Of a stretch of 64,000 bases of DNA, positions 26,632-37,202 are shown in pieces. The notes below the pieces were generated by a model. The model did not search any database, was not told the DNA's origin, and worked only from the letters and a program-made list of their open reading frames with translations. Location of the stretch: NCBI GenBank assembly GCA_001179505.1, contig CDMY01000510.1, positions 1-64,000 of the forward strand. The letters are read 5' to 3'. Position 1 is the first letter of the stretch. Each line of letters starts with the position of its first letter. A program made the translations under genes and the position numbers. The stretch comes from Vitrella brassicaformis CCMP3155 (Eukaryota > Protista > Chromerida).

Positions 26632-29600
26632 ATGTCGTCCCCATCGTCGCCAAGTGCGGCGCAGCGTCGCTCGTCCGGTCTTCGCAATTTGCGAGTTGCA
26701 TGCCCCGGCTACAAAGCCCCGAACACCACCAACACGCGCTTCTTCATCCTCAAGAGCCGCTCCATGCTCAACCTGCTCGTAAGAAAGACAGACAACAAAA
26801 CAAACGACAAAGAGAAACAGGCAGAAATACATGGCGGACTTCTGTGCGAGAGTGCCACGAACGGGAATGCGCTGTGGTGCATGCAGTTGTCGTTCAAGGA
26901 GTCTTGTTGGGCTTCAACACCCGACAACAACGAGTAAGCGACTCGATGAGCCCACGAGCTCGTGGTGTAGGTTTGGGCTCAATGCATTCAATGCATGTCC
27001 GCTGTGCCCCATTCGTTCGCCTGTGTCTGCCTGTGCACCTGACGCAGCTTCTTGATCCAGGCGTATCGCACGATAGAGCACCTGATTCTCATCTTCTCGG
27101 TCAACGATGCGGGGTGCTTCATGGGGTGAGCTCAGCACGGCAGAGGGAACCCGACATGACCTGTTGGTCCTTTGACCTGATTGATTGATTGTCTGTATGT
27201 GTGTCTGTCCGATGTCCACACAGCTATGGCCGCATGTGTTCTATCTCCGACAGCACCTACAAGAAGGGCCTCTGGTAAGCTGACTGAGGCGGATCATGCC
27301 AGGCCACGTGCCTGCAAGGCTGTGGGGGGCATGATGGTCTGTCTGTCTGTTCAGGGGGCCTGCGTATCGCTTCCTCGGTGACAACTTCCGCGTCCAATGG
27401 CAAGCGCAGCACGGCACAGCACAGCACAGCGCACGACAGCTCACATCCGGTTTGATATCTGTGTGTGTGTGTGTGTGTGTGTGTACGTCAGGCTCAAGTC
27501 GTGCATATTGAATTACGACGACTGTCGGGGCATCAAGAATGAGCTCAATGATTTCTGCTCATGTGGCGGTAGGTGAGCCAGCGCTGACGGCACCATGTGT
27601 GTGGGGGCTGCACTCATTGCAGGAAGGCATCATGTGCGTGGTCTCGGCTGCCTGTGTGTTTTCCAGTGGCTCGAGACGGCCAGGAACTCGACTCCAAAGC
27701 AGGCTTCCAGCTGTGCGAACTAATGGACAAACAGGTCCGTCCATCCATCCATCCGCCCATCCATCCACCGAGGGATGCATGCAAAGGAGATACAGCACAG
27801 GTATCACTCTTCACGATCTGTGTGCAGGTGGACTGGGATCACAGCTACGGCACCGAGCTTTTCGGCACCATCCCATTCTTTGAGTCATACGCCTCCCCTC
27901 CACCAAACATAGCCCCTTTGCAGTACACCGTCGTGGCGCGCGAGGTGGCGGCCACCGAGGCACAGCAACGCCTTCTTGCCGTCGAGAGGGAAGAGAAACG
28001 GGCAAGGAAGCCTGAGCCGCCCCCCGACTTCTCTACCGAGTCTTTCCCATCCCTCGGTGCAGCAGCCCCCGCCCGGCAGCCATCGAAGGGCACGAGTGGC
28101 GAGATGACGACCACATCGGTGCCGCCAGTCACTCCCCCGAGCCCAAAGAACAACCAGGGGCAGGCCGGTAGTTGTGGTGGTGTTGGTGGCGGTGGTGCAG
28201 AGAGAGTGAGTGGTGGAGGTGCCGGGCGGGATGCGATCAGGCCGGAGCTGAGGGGTCACAACCTGTCTCTGGATGCGCTGTGCGCCACATGCAGGTCAGG
28301 TGACGGAACACAAAGCGAGCGAGCAGGCGGCTCTTTTTTCATTTTCATTGTGTCGGTATCGGTGTTGGTGTTGGTGTTGTGGTGTCGTCTGGTCTGCAGG
28401 CTGATTGCAACCACCCCTGGTCTCACGGTGTTCTCCAGCAGCGACAGCGGCTGTTCCTGCGGGTCCTACCACTCACTGCGGTTCGCCCTTAGCGACCAGG
28501 AGGGATCGTCCCCTCCTGCTGCCCCCAAGGCCGCGCCCGCGTCTCCGCCCACCACATCGACAGCTCCCCCCAAGAGCAAGGGCGGCTTCAGCGTCCGCAG
28601 GGTGGACCGATCCAAGCCCAGCGAAGCGTCGCCGCCCACCAAAGCCAAACAGATTAAGAAGCAAGAGAAGGAGGAGCCACCAAAGGAGAAGAGCTCCATC
28701 CCTTCCTCCGTCTCAGTGCCGGACTCGCCGCAACCACTATCGGCCCCACCCGAGCCGCCTCAGTCCACCGACTCGCCTATTGTCCCCTCGGCCCCCACTA
28801 CTGCTCATCAGCCGCCCACGCCGACCAAGGCCCCAGTGGACCTATCGAAGGGCCTCATGCCGGCTCCTGCGGGCATGCATCCCTTCCCGAAGGCAGTCCA
28901 CTCGCAGCCGCGCTCGCCCGTCAACGCCTTCCACTCGCCGTCTCGCGTGCCGCTCATCAATCCCTGGGGCTACAACGGTCAGACTGGGCAGACTTTCGGT
29001 CCTGGGTGTGGTTATCAGCCGGCAGTGCCGTACCAGCCGTTCGAGGGCGGTGGTGTGCCCATGCCGCCCCCGCCCCCACCCCCTCCGCCCGATATGGACC
29101 CATCGATGTGGCAGGGGAGCAACATCTTTCATCCCCCGCCCCCGCCAATGCCACCACCCCAACACCACCAACAATTCGAGCAGCAGCATGTGGCTCAGGC
29201 GCGACCGCTGATGGGCCATGGTCAGGCAGACGAGAGGACGGCCGCCGCAAAGAAGAGTGCAGCTGGCTTGAACTCGATGGCCCCGCCGTTCGTCTGGCGA
29301 GAGCACCAGCTATCGCAGCAGCAGCAGCACATGGCGGGGGGCAGGGAGGGGTCATGTGAGGAGCCAGTGCCGGTCAACTTGGACTTCATCAACAGTAGTG
29401 GTCTCAACCTGAGTAACGGGTCAAGCGAGCAGAAGGCCCAGCCAAGCGGTGAGGGCGGTCTGGAGCAGTCTGGGGACGCTGCGCCCGTGTCAGTGGGCTC
29501 TGCTGATGTCTTGGATGGGCGTGTGGATGGTGTTGGGCCGGGGGCGACGGTCCAAGAGGCTCTCAAAGTGCTAGCCGTGAGTTGGCAGATAAAGCACACA

Positions 29601-29850
29601 GGTTGTGGCAATGTGCGTGTCGATGGGTGTGCGTTGTTCTGTTCATGCATCTCCCCAGGAATGTCGTTTGGAGGGTTTGTCCTGCAAAGAGCTGGACACT
29701 CTCGAGGGCGGCCTGATTGAAATCCTCTTCAAAGCCAGGTGGGCACAGCACCGCCTGCCGTGGCCTCCCTCGTCGAAACATGGCCGGCCCTGTCTGGCTG
29801 TCTGTGCGTCTTTCAGGCAGACGAAGAGTGCCAAACTTCGTCAGGAGTGA
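26632..29850 (+). CDS. YTH-domain m6A reader with a long disordered tail containing a PAM2-like motif
   Basis: TRFFILKSRSMLNL|LSFKESCWAST..., HLILIFSVNDAGCFMG|YGRM, KGLW, FRVQWLK, RDGQELD; GLNSMAPPFVW resembles PAM2. Confidence 0.85.
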
Positions 29851-30210
29851 CCGGCTGATGATGGTATGACGTTCCTATGCCGATGGCCATCAGGGCTTAG
29901 AGCGTAGAGTGGCTGTGGAGTGTCCGTCCTGCGTTCGTTTTTGTGCTAGTGAATCTCTATCGCTCGCTGCATGCACGCAACGCCGACGCTACGTTGTCCT
30001 GTCCCGTGTCAAGCGCAAACGACTTACTTTAACTGACTGATCTCATTCTCTGGTGGACGGACGCATGAATGAGCTGATTGTGTGCGTGTGGGGGAATGTT
30101 TGTTTGTATCGACAAGCGGTGGTTGACGGACGGACCAGCATCAGGAATGAATCAAGTCATCCATCAGCATACAATGTCACTTCCCTCGCTGTGTCTGTCC
30201 ATCTGTCTGT

Positions 30211-30844
30211 CTATAGTACAGGCCACTTGTACTTCATGTGGAACCAGTTGAGGTCTTGTCTGTCGAGGGCCTTGAGCAGCTTTCCCAAGGCATGCTCCTC
30301 ACGAACCTCACGCGAGATGAATGCCTCACGGTCACGCAACGCCAGCTGACTCGACGCACTCAACGCATTGGGATCGCCCTGATGACAGACCATACATCAC
30401 ACAGACAGACAACACAACACAGACAACACACACACTCACACGTGAGAGCTCCCTCCACTCCTGTCCTCCCGGTTGCCCACCCACTTATCCAGCTACCTGA
30501 TGGTGCCACGCGAATTGGCACTCGCAGAACGTCTGAGACGACATAGAGCCGAGGACGGCACTCATGACGGGCCGTGGGTCCTTGACGTTGAAGAAGGTGA
30601 ATGAGTATCGGTAGTCGCTGAAGACCCAGTGGCGGTAGCTCTTGGGGTGGAAGGGCCCCTTGATGTAGGTCACGCGCCACTGCCGCCGTGCTTGGCGCCG
30701 GGGGGTGGGCCAGTCGATGTGGTGCTCCGCCTTGGCCCACTCGATGGTCCGCCGCAGGTTGTCGATGGTCTGGTTCAGCTGGTGCTTCTCGCGCGCTGTG
30801 TAGATGACACGCAGACGCGTCAGCTGATAGTCAGTCGCCGCCAT
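30211..30844 (-). CDS. Probable mitochondrial ribosomal protein uS10m-like, 2 exons
   Basis: RLRVIYTAREKHQLNQTIDNL and PTPRR...RVTYIKGPFHPKSYRHWVFSDYRYSF follow the uS10 pattern; a phase-0 intron joins HHQ|GDP. Confidence 0.6.
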
Positions 30845-30934
30845 GAGGCAGAGAGAGGGTAAGAAGAGAAGAGGTTGCTTCTATGTCATTCTCCTCGGCC
30901 GCTGCTTCTGGGAAGCTGAAATGCGAAATGCGAA

Positions 30935-31120
30935 ATGACGACCCAGGGTGGTGTGGTGCTGTTATGCAGCTCGGCGATGTAGAGAGGTCGACGGGTGCTA
31001 GCTCACCAAAGAAGTTCCTCCAGCGCAGATCTCGTGGCTTATGCCACAAGTCTGGAGTGCGACAGCACGGCTCCATCGAGCTGACTGAATGGCAAAGAAA
31101 AGTCGAGGAGAATGCGAGCT
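30935..31120 (+). repeat. Direct repeat, copy A (about 190 bp)
   Basis: Shares long identical blocks with 34946-35140, for example TGCTAGCTCACCAAAGAAGT, TTATGCCACAAGTCTGGAGTGCGACAGCAC and GGAGAATGCGAGCT. Confidence 0.9.
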
Positions 31121-31180
31121 GAAAACGTCCCAGACCAAGTCTTTGCCATTTCAGTCAGGTCGGCGGAGCCGTGCTGTCGC
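31059..31180. repeat. Imperfect inverted repeat or hairpin, arms about 40 bp, loop about 43 nt
   Basis: 31059-31097 (GCGACAGCACGGCTCC...TGGCAAAG) is complementary to 31141-31180 with about 3 mismatches and one bulge. Confidence 0.85.
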
Positions 31181-31270
31181 CTTCCTCTGTTTGGAATAAG
31201 AGATCCGGTCTGGACTGGACTGATCTGCTGGAGCTACTCCGGCTGATTTTCAAAAGCATCAGTTTGTGCA

Positions 31271-33082
31271 ATGTCGTCCGAGAGTGCTGACAAACACTGG
31301 CGCTATGCGGCTTTGGCTGCTGCTGCCCTCGGCACATCCTCAGCACTCGTCTATCTCGGCAGCAAATGGTACGCGGATGGCAAAGGCACACACAACATGC
31401 TTTGTACTACTGCTCATTGACCTGACCTGCAGGCGTGCTGCGAAGCGGGAGGAAGAGAAACTGATGGAGTACAAGATCCTCACGCCAGCGGCGCCGCCAG
31501 CGGGAGAGTTCGGTGCTGTCGACGTGAATCTTGACCTCTGCTGCGGATTGGGATGCTGCCGGAACGCATGCCCCTCTGTGTTTGGGGAGGCTGCGCTATT
31601 CCGTAACACACGGCCACAGTGCAGCCAGCCGCTGTGTCGGTCGCATGTGGCCGTGTGTTATGCAGGTGCATACGTCAAGAAGCAGCCCTCCACGCGCGAA
31701 GAGTTCATTCAGACGAGACGAGCAGTGAAAAGTAAGAAGATCTCTCACACACGAGCACATTCTTGTACCAACACGCCCGCCGACACCACCACACTCGTTC
31801 CCTCGCTAACGCTGTCAGGTTGTCCCCCGAAGGCCATCCACTGGACCAAGCTGCCCGCCGGCCTCATGAAGGAGACCAGCGAGTGGGAGGGCTTCCCCGA
31901 GCTCATCGACTCGGGCGACGGCTATGAGTTCTACTGCCTGGGCGCCGTCACCCACACACTCGGCACAGAGAGCTACCTGATCGTCCGTGAGGGTAGGGGC
32001 AACGTCATGGTGGAGCCCGCCAGTCACACCAAGCAGGTGGTGGACTTCGTCATGCAGCGGGGCGGCGTCAAGTACTTGGTTCTGACACACAGGGACCACA
32101 CCAAAGGACACAGCTTCTGGAGGATGCAGACGGGCTGCAAACGTGTACTACACTCAGACGAGGTGCGGCCAGCTGATGCATGCAGATGTGTTCACATCAA
32201 TGCATCCGTCCGCCCTACGTTCTGTTCATCGCAGATGTGTTACCTGTCTGTGGGTCCGTTCGAGTCAACTTATGGCTTGGAGCACTGGGTGCGTGGCAAG
32301 GGGCCCGTGTCGTCCCTCCCCGACGGCGACCCCGACGTCAAGCTCATCCACACGCCGGGACACACCAAGGGGCACCTGGTGAGGGAGTGGAGGATAGGAC
32401 GCATTCAAATGGACAGACAAAGAAGGAGCCGAATGTCTGTGTGTGGTGTGTGTGGTGTGTGCAGTGTGTGTTGTACAAGGACCGTCTGTTGATGACAGGC
32501 GACCACCTTTGTTACTCGCACCGCGTCAAATCCCTCATGTGTATCCGCGCTGTGTGCTGGGACAACTGGCGCACACAGGTGGGTGGGCTGCTGATGGGGT
32601 GGGTGCAGCAGATCATTGAGGTCATGTATGCGGTGTATATCTCTGTGTGTACGTGATGGGTGCAGCTGGAGTCTGTCAAGATGTTGAAGCAGTTCTCCTT
32701 CCTGTGGGTGCTGCCGAGCCACGGACAGAGATACAAGTGAGTGTCATGTGCCAGCAGAGCCGCTCGACCACACTGCCAATGCACACGTGTGCTTTCATAT
32801 GTTCTCTGGCTGTTGTTTCAGGGCTCCGTCTGTGTCTGCGATGCGCGGCCAGCTCGACCAGTGCGTGAGGCTCTGCAGCGCATACCCACCTGGTACGTAT
32901 GTGTGTGTGTGTGTGTGTGACTGAGGGACAAGACGACACACTCATCCTCTCCTTGTGTCTGCGTGCGCCAAGGGAAAGAGCCCACTCCTTTCGGCCCCAA
33001 CGATGTGACCAAGAGCTTCTATCGCCATCGCCCATACGACCCACCGTCCGCTGAGAGCGATGAAGACTCGCCCGTCCAGTGA
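31271..33082 (+). CDS. N-terminal membrane anchor + ferredoxin-like domain + metallo-beta-lactamase-fold hydrolase
   Basis: YAALAAAALGTSSALVYLG anchor; CCGLGCCRNACPSVF...CPPKAI; LVLTHRDHTKGH, HTPGHTKGH, MTGDH, WVLPSHG. Confidence 0.8.
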
Positions 33083-33777
33083 CGCTTGTGTCTTGTCCCA
33101 CGTGTGGTGTGTGGAACACCTGGATGGACGTGCACGCGTGTGTGCGCTTGTGGCGCCCGTGGAAACCATCGGTTCACTGACAGGCTGGCTATTGTGTCAT
33201 ACTCGCTGTGTCTTGTGGGTGCCACCCATGCGCCTGGGTGAGGGCTGATTGATGAGCCAGCCAGATGTGTGGCTGGGCTCTCGGTAGATGTTAGTGATGT
33301 ATACTAGGAAGCCCCGTACACATGTGCGTTGTGATGAGAGAGGGATGCGTGGCAGCAGGTGTGTGGCTTCGTCTCCGCGCAGCTTCAGATACATGAGTAC
33401 GTGCCGACAGTCAGTGGGGTGTTAGATGGCCAAAAGGATGGGTATGCTCTTCTTGTTTCGGTGGGCAGCTGGCTGGTGGTCATGGTGGCCATGGTGACTG
33501 TTTGTAGCAGCCTGATGGACGTGCTGTTTGTTGAGAAATGGTCGGATGATGTGTGGCTTTATGCGTGTTTGCGCGGACAACCGACACTCACGAGCAATGA
33601 ATACAATCATGTCCGTCCGTCTGTCCTGACACATACATCTGTCTGTCCACACGAACGAACACTCCATTAGACTGCCCCACTGACACTGAGATGCACAAAA
33701 TCCCTCCCTCCCTCCCTACCTCCCTTGCTGCCTGTGCGAGCACCCACCCACCAGCCATCCATCCATCCAGCAACTGT

Positions 33778-34899
33778 CTAAGGCCACTGCAGGAACCTCT
33801 CCAGGTAGGGGTGGTTGCGCTTATATCTGAGCGCGTGTCTGGCCAAGGGGTGGTATGCCACCTGCTGCAGGTTGCGCACGAACGACTGCACCACGAGCGA
33901 CTGCAGCTTGAAGGCCTCGACTTCGTCCGTCTGCCCCATGCTCTCGTGACACATGTCCACCTCATCGATGTGCACCCGCACCAGCGCCGTCTTGGTCTCG
34001 AAGCTCTCGACCATCTCGCTCACGATCGTCGGATTGAGCGACTCCACACCGTAGGTAAACCGGGCCCGGGCGTTGGGGTAATCGACCTCCATCTTGATTG
34101 GCTTGGGTGGCTTGGCGTCGTAGGCGTCCGCCCAGTCGCGCAGATACTGCCGGATCGTCCGGATGCACGGCGAGCCGAAGGGAACGGGGCCGAGCGAGAT
34201 GCGGATGGTCTTGCGCTCCTGTGCTGCATTGGCATTGATGCGGCCGGCGATCAGACAGGTGAAGAGGGCCATCTGAGAGAAGCAGCGGAAGTGGGCAGAG
34301 GTCCCCCGACGGACGGGCGGGTCGGGGTCGGTCACGTTGTCCAGCTGAATGGGATAAGAAGTGCCGTCACCGAGCGTCATCTTGCCCTCCCCCTTGCAGT
34401 CGATGTCAACCGCCGGGCCCCCCAGCAGCACTTCCAGCTGACCAACCGCCTCAGGCAGCTGGTCGAAGCGAGAGGGGTCGAAGTACAGCGCGTCGGAGGG
34501 AATGACGCGGTCGGCGAGCGGACCCATGTTGTAGACCTGCAAGAAGCCCTCCCACCTCTCCCAGTTGCCGCTCTTGGCCAACAGCAGCAGCACTTTCGCC
34601 TTGTGCGCCGGGTCGGTCACCTGCACGCCGAATCGGGTCCCCGCCAGCCACACAACGTCCTCTCTCTTCTGTACTGCCTTCGGGACAGTCGCATCGCGGT
34701 TTCTGGGCTCCAGTGTTGGCACGTTTCGCTTGTGCTGCTGTCCTGACGAGTCGAAGGGCCACAGGAAGCCGAAGTTGGCGAGAGAAACGATGACGGTGCC
34801 GCCTGCTGGCAGTGTGGCGATGGCGGTGCGTGGCCGCGTGATGAATAGAGGGATACCGGGCCGCAGGCGCTGATAGATATAGCGCATCCATGACGACAT
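33778..34899 (-). CDS. Hypothetical protein of about 370 aa in one long exon, with a possible mitochondrial presequence; 3' end uncertain
   Basis: Long ORF with typical coding composition; N-terminus is Arg-rich and lacks acidic residues (MSSWMRYIYQRLRPGIPLFITRPRTAIATLP). Confidence 0.65.
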   Translation of the reverse strand: MSSWMRYIYQRLRPGIPLFITRPRTAIATLPAGGTVIVSLANFGFLWPFDSSGQQHKRNVPTLEPRNRDATVPKAVQKREDVVWLAGTRFGVQVTDPAHKAKVLLLLAKSGNWERWEGFLQVYNMGPLADRVIPSDALYFDPSRFDQLPEAVGQLEVLLGGPAVDIDCKGEGKMTLGDGTSYPIQLDNVTDPDPPVRRGTSAHFRCFSQMALFTCLIAGRINANAAQERKTIRISLGPVPFGSPCIRTIRQYLRDWADAYDAKPPKPIKMEVDYPNARARFTYGVESLNPTIVSEMVESFETKTALVRVHIDEVDMCHESMGQTDEVEAFKLQSLVVQSFVRNLQQVAYHPLARHALRYKRNHPYLERFLQWP

Positions 34900-34945
34900 C
34901 TCTGCCTTCTCATCTGCTTCTCTTCCACAGCCGCAGAACAAACCG

Positions 34946-35140
34946 ATGACGACCCAGGCCGGTGCTGTTATGCAGCTGTTCTCGCCCGATGCGAGGGGCG
35001 GCTGAGAGCGACGGATGCTAGCTCACCAAAGAAGTCCCTCCAGCGCAGGTCTCGTGGGTTATGCCACAAGTCTGGAGTGCGACAGCACAGCTCCACCGAC
35101 CTGACTGAATGGCACACAAAACTCCAGGAGAATGCGAGCT
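34946..35140 (+). repeat. Direct repeat, copy B (about 195 bp)
   Basis: Homologous to 30935-31120, same orientation. Confidence 0.9.
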
Positions 35141-35342
35141 CAGCTTGCAGACCCTTTAGCTCGCAATGGAATCGAACCCTATAAACCGAACCCTAAAGCC
35201 TCCCAGTGGTTTTGAGGACTGCCCGTGTGAAAGGCGCGCCATTCAGCACGCCCTTCTGCCCACTACCAACGTCTTTTCGCGTTTCCCCCTCGTCCAGCCG
35301 CACTCCCCCCTTATTTCCCCCTTCCTCCTTCAACAACGAGCG

Positions 35343-36287
35343 ATGGGCAGCATTTGGTGCTGCAACCTGTGCCAACAGAACAAGGAGTCGACCGATGAGG
35401 AGGTCCGCATCCGCAAGAGCGTCGAGGAGAAAATCGCCATGGAGCTCATCGGCAATGAGGTCCACCGCAACCCTTCGCAGAACTACCTGCACGGCCTCCT
35501 CAACTCCATGCAGGCCGACTCACGGTTCGGCGCTGGCACGGCAAGCGAGAAGGCGGGCCACGTCAAGCACGCCACCCCCCGACAGGCGGAGCTGCGCACC
35601 CAAATTCAGCTGCCGCCATCGGACCTCCCCTATCCCCTCCCGCCCGTCGGCTTTCCCACCAACAACCTCTCGGACAGCGAGCAGCGGTACCTGCTCATCG
35701 AAATGTACCGCGACTTCATCGTCGAGCTCTACAGAGGGGTGTACGTCACCCAGCTGACCAGCGCCCGGGACTACTCTGAGATCCACTGCCAGCTGAAGGA
35801 CGACCTCACGACACTGACGCTTGACCAGAACACCGGTCGGCTGATTGAGTTTCCCCTCAAGAGCGCCACACGCGTGTACCAGATCTGGCGTCGCGACGGG
35901 CGGACCCACGAGCTGACGCACCGGACGCTGAGCGAGCGGCGGCACGACCTGATGGACGGCTCCCGGCCGCAGGACTTCATCGTCATTGTCGAGTTCCTCA
36001 AGAGGAAACTCGCCTTCGTCTTCCGGGACACCAAACAGGCCGATCGATTCCTCGTCTGCATGGAGCTGCTCATTCAAGAGGTCAGCCTGCAAGACGGGAC
36101 AGAGAGGGACGGAGGGAGGCAGTCGTGTGTGTATGGATGGTGTGGTTGGTGGTGTGTGTTGTGTTGTGTGCAGGCGCGTCAGCCCAAGCCCTTTGGGTAT
36201 CTGTTCGGCACCCCCGGCACCTCCAAGGTCTCCTCTCGCGTGCCCACGGCCCGACACAGCCCGACGGTCGGTCTCACGCCAAGATGA
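35343..36287 (+). CDS. Alveolate ISP-like (IMC sub-compartment protein, PH-like fold) protein with predicted N-myristoylation and palmitoylation
   Basis: MGSIWCC N-terminus (Gly2 plus a Cys pair); compact domain ELYRGVYVTQL...IHCQLKDDLTTLTLDQNTGRLIEFPL...KLAFVFRDTKQADRFLVCMELL. Confidence 0.6.
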   Translation: MGSIWCCNLCQQNKESTDEEVRIRKSVEEKIAMELIGNEVHRNPSQNYLHGLLNSMQADSRFGAGTASEKAGHVKHATPRQAELRTQIQLPPSDLPYPLPPVGFPTNNLSDSEQRYLLIEMYRDFIVELYRGVYVTQLTSARDYSEIHCQLKDDLTTLTLDQNTGRLIEFPLKSATRVYQIWRRDGRTHELTHRTLSERRHDLMDGSRPQDFIVIVEFLKRKLAFVFRDTKQADRFLVCMELLIQEVSLQDGTERDGGRQSCVYGWCGWWCVLCCVQARQPKPFGYLFGTPGTSKVSSRVPTARHSPTVGLTPR

Positions 36288-36772
36288 GCCTGCCCATGAG
36301 CCATCCAACCCACTCACCCACTCGCTTCATGCGTGCCCCCTCATTCACACACAAATGACTAGATTGACTGACTCACCGTTTTCTATAGCCAGCCGCAAGT
36401 AATCGCAAACAAGCCAGACGATGTGTCCGGCCGTTTTGTAATTCCCGAGAGAGACCGATCGCTGCGTGAGTGGGTGTGTGTGTTTTCTTACCTGCGTGAG
36501 TGGTTGGTTTTATTTGTCATTTGGGCGTGGCGTGTGAGAGAGGGGGAAGCGGAGCGGACGACCTGCCGTGCCGTGCTTTAGTGAGTGCCGTCTCCCTCCC
36601 TCTCTGTCTATCTGCATACACATCCATTAGTGTGAGGGCGTGTGCGGCGCGATGTGGATGGATGGATGGATGGACGTGCGGCCGTATTAAGCAAGCGCCT
36701 GGTGAGTGACGGGCCTGTTTGTCTGAGAGAGGTGTGTGAGTGTGTGTGGATGGCCCAGTCGAATGTGGCCAT

Positions 36773-37114
36773 CTGTCTAATGAACGACGACTTAGTGAGG
36801 CCTTTCCTTTCCTTCCTTTCTCTCTCTGTTGGCCGTGGGTGGGTGGGTGGATGGCTGCATATTCGTGTGAGTGTTTTATAAACCAGTATATAATGTATGT
36901 GATGCTTTGACACTGACACTGTCATGTATGTGTGTAATTGCATGTGGTTGATTGAATGAATCACACCCTCGTCTCTCCACATGTGTCGACACGCGTGCGT
37001 CACATCGCGCTTTGACATTCACGCACAATCGATGCCGTCGAAACTAACCTGCCACACACAATATCCACGCGAACAACATACCGGCAGAGCATCCAGGCAG
37101 GCAGACAGGGAGGC
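36773..37114 (+). repeat. Direct repeat of about 340 bp, copy 1
   Basis: Homologous to 38182-38516, with a 72-bp identical core at 36956-37027 matching 38352-38423. Confidence 0.9.
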
Positions 37115-37202
37115 TCATCCTCTTGCGACACAGATTTACACATTTACGTTGGACCTCTGGTCCCACTTATCTGCCGCTGAGCCTGACAGTGATTCGGCGG
37201 AT

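Noticed and set aside
30831-31122. Short ORFs on both strands within repeat A as a conserved small protein
   Set aside because: Copy B has indels, stops and mainly non-synonymous differences in these frames.
33691-34746. 351-aa + strand ORF, and the many similar antisense ORFs across the window
   Set aside because: These are shadow ORFs opposite real GC-rich coding exons, with no motifs of their own.
35174-35197. Telomere-like AACCCTATAAACCGAACCCTAAA
   Set aside because: Only two degenerate units; not enough to call an interstitial telomere or a regulatory telo-box.
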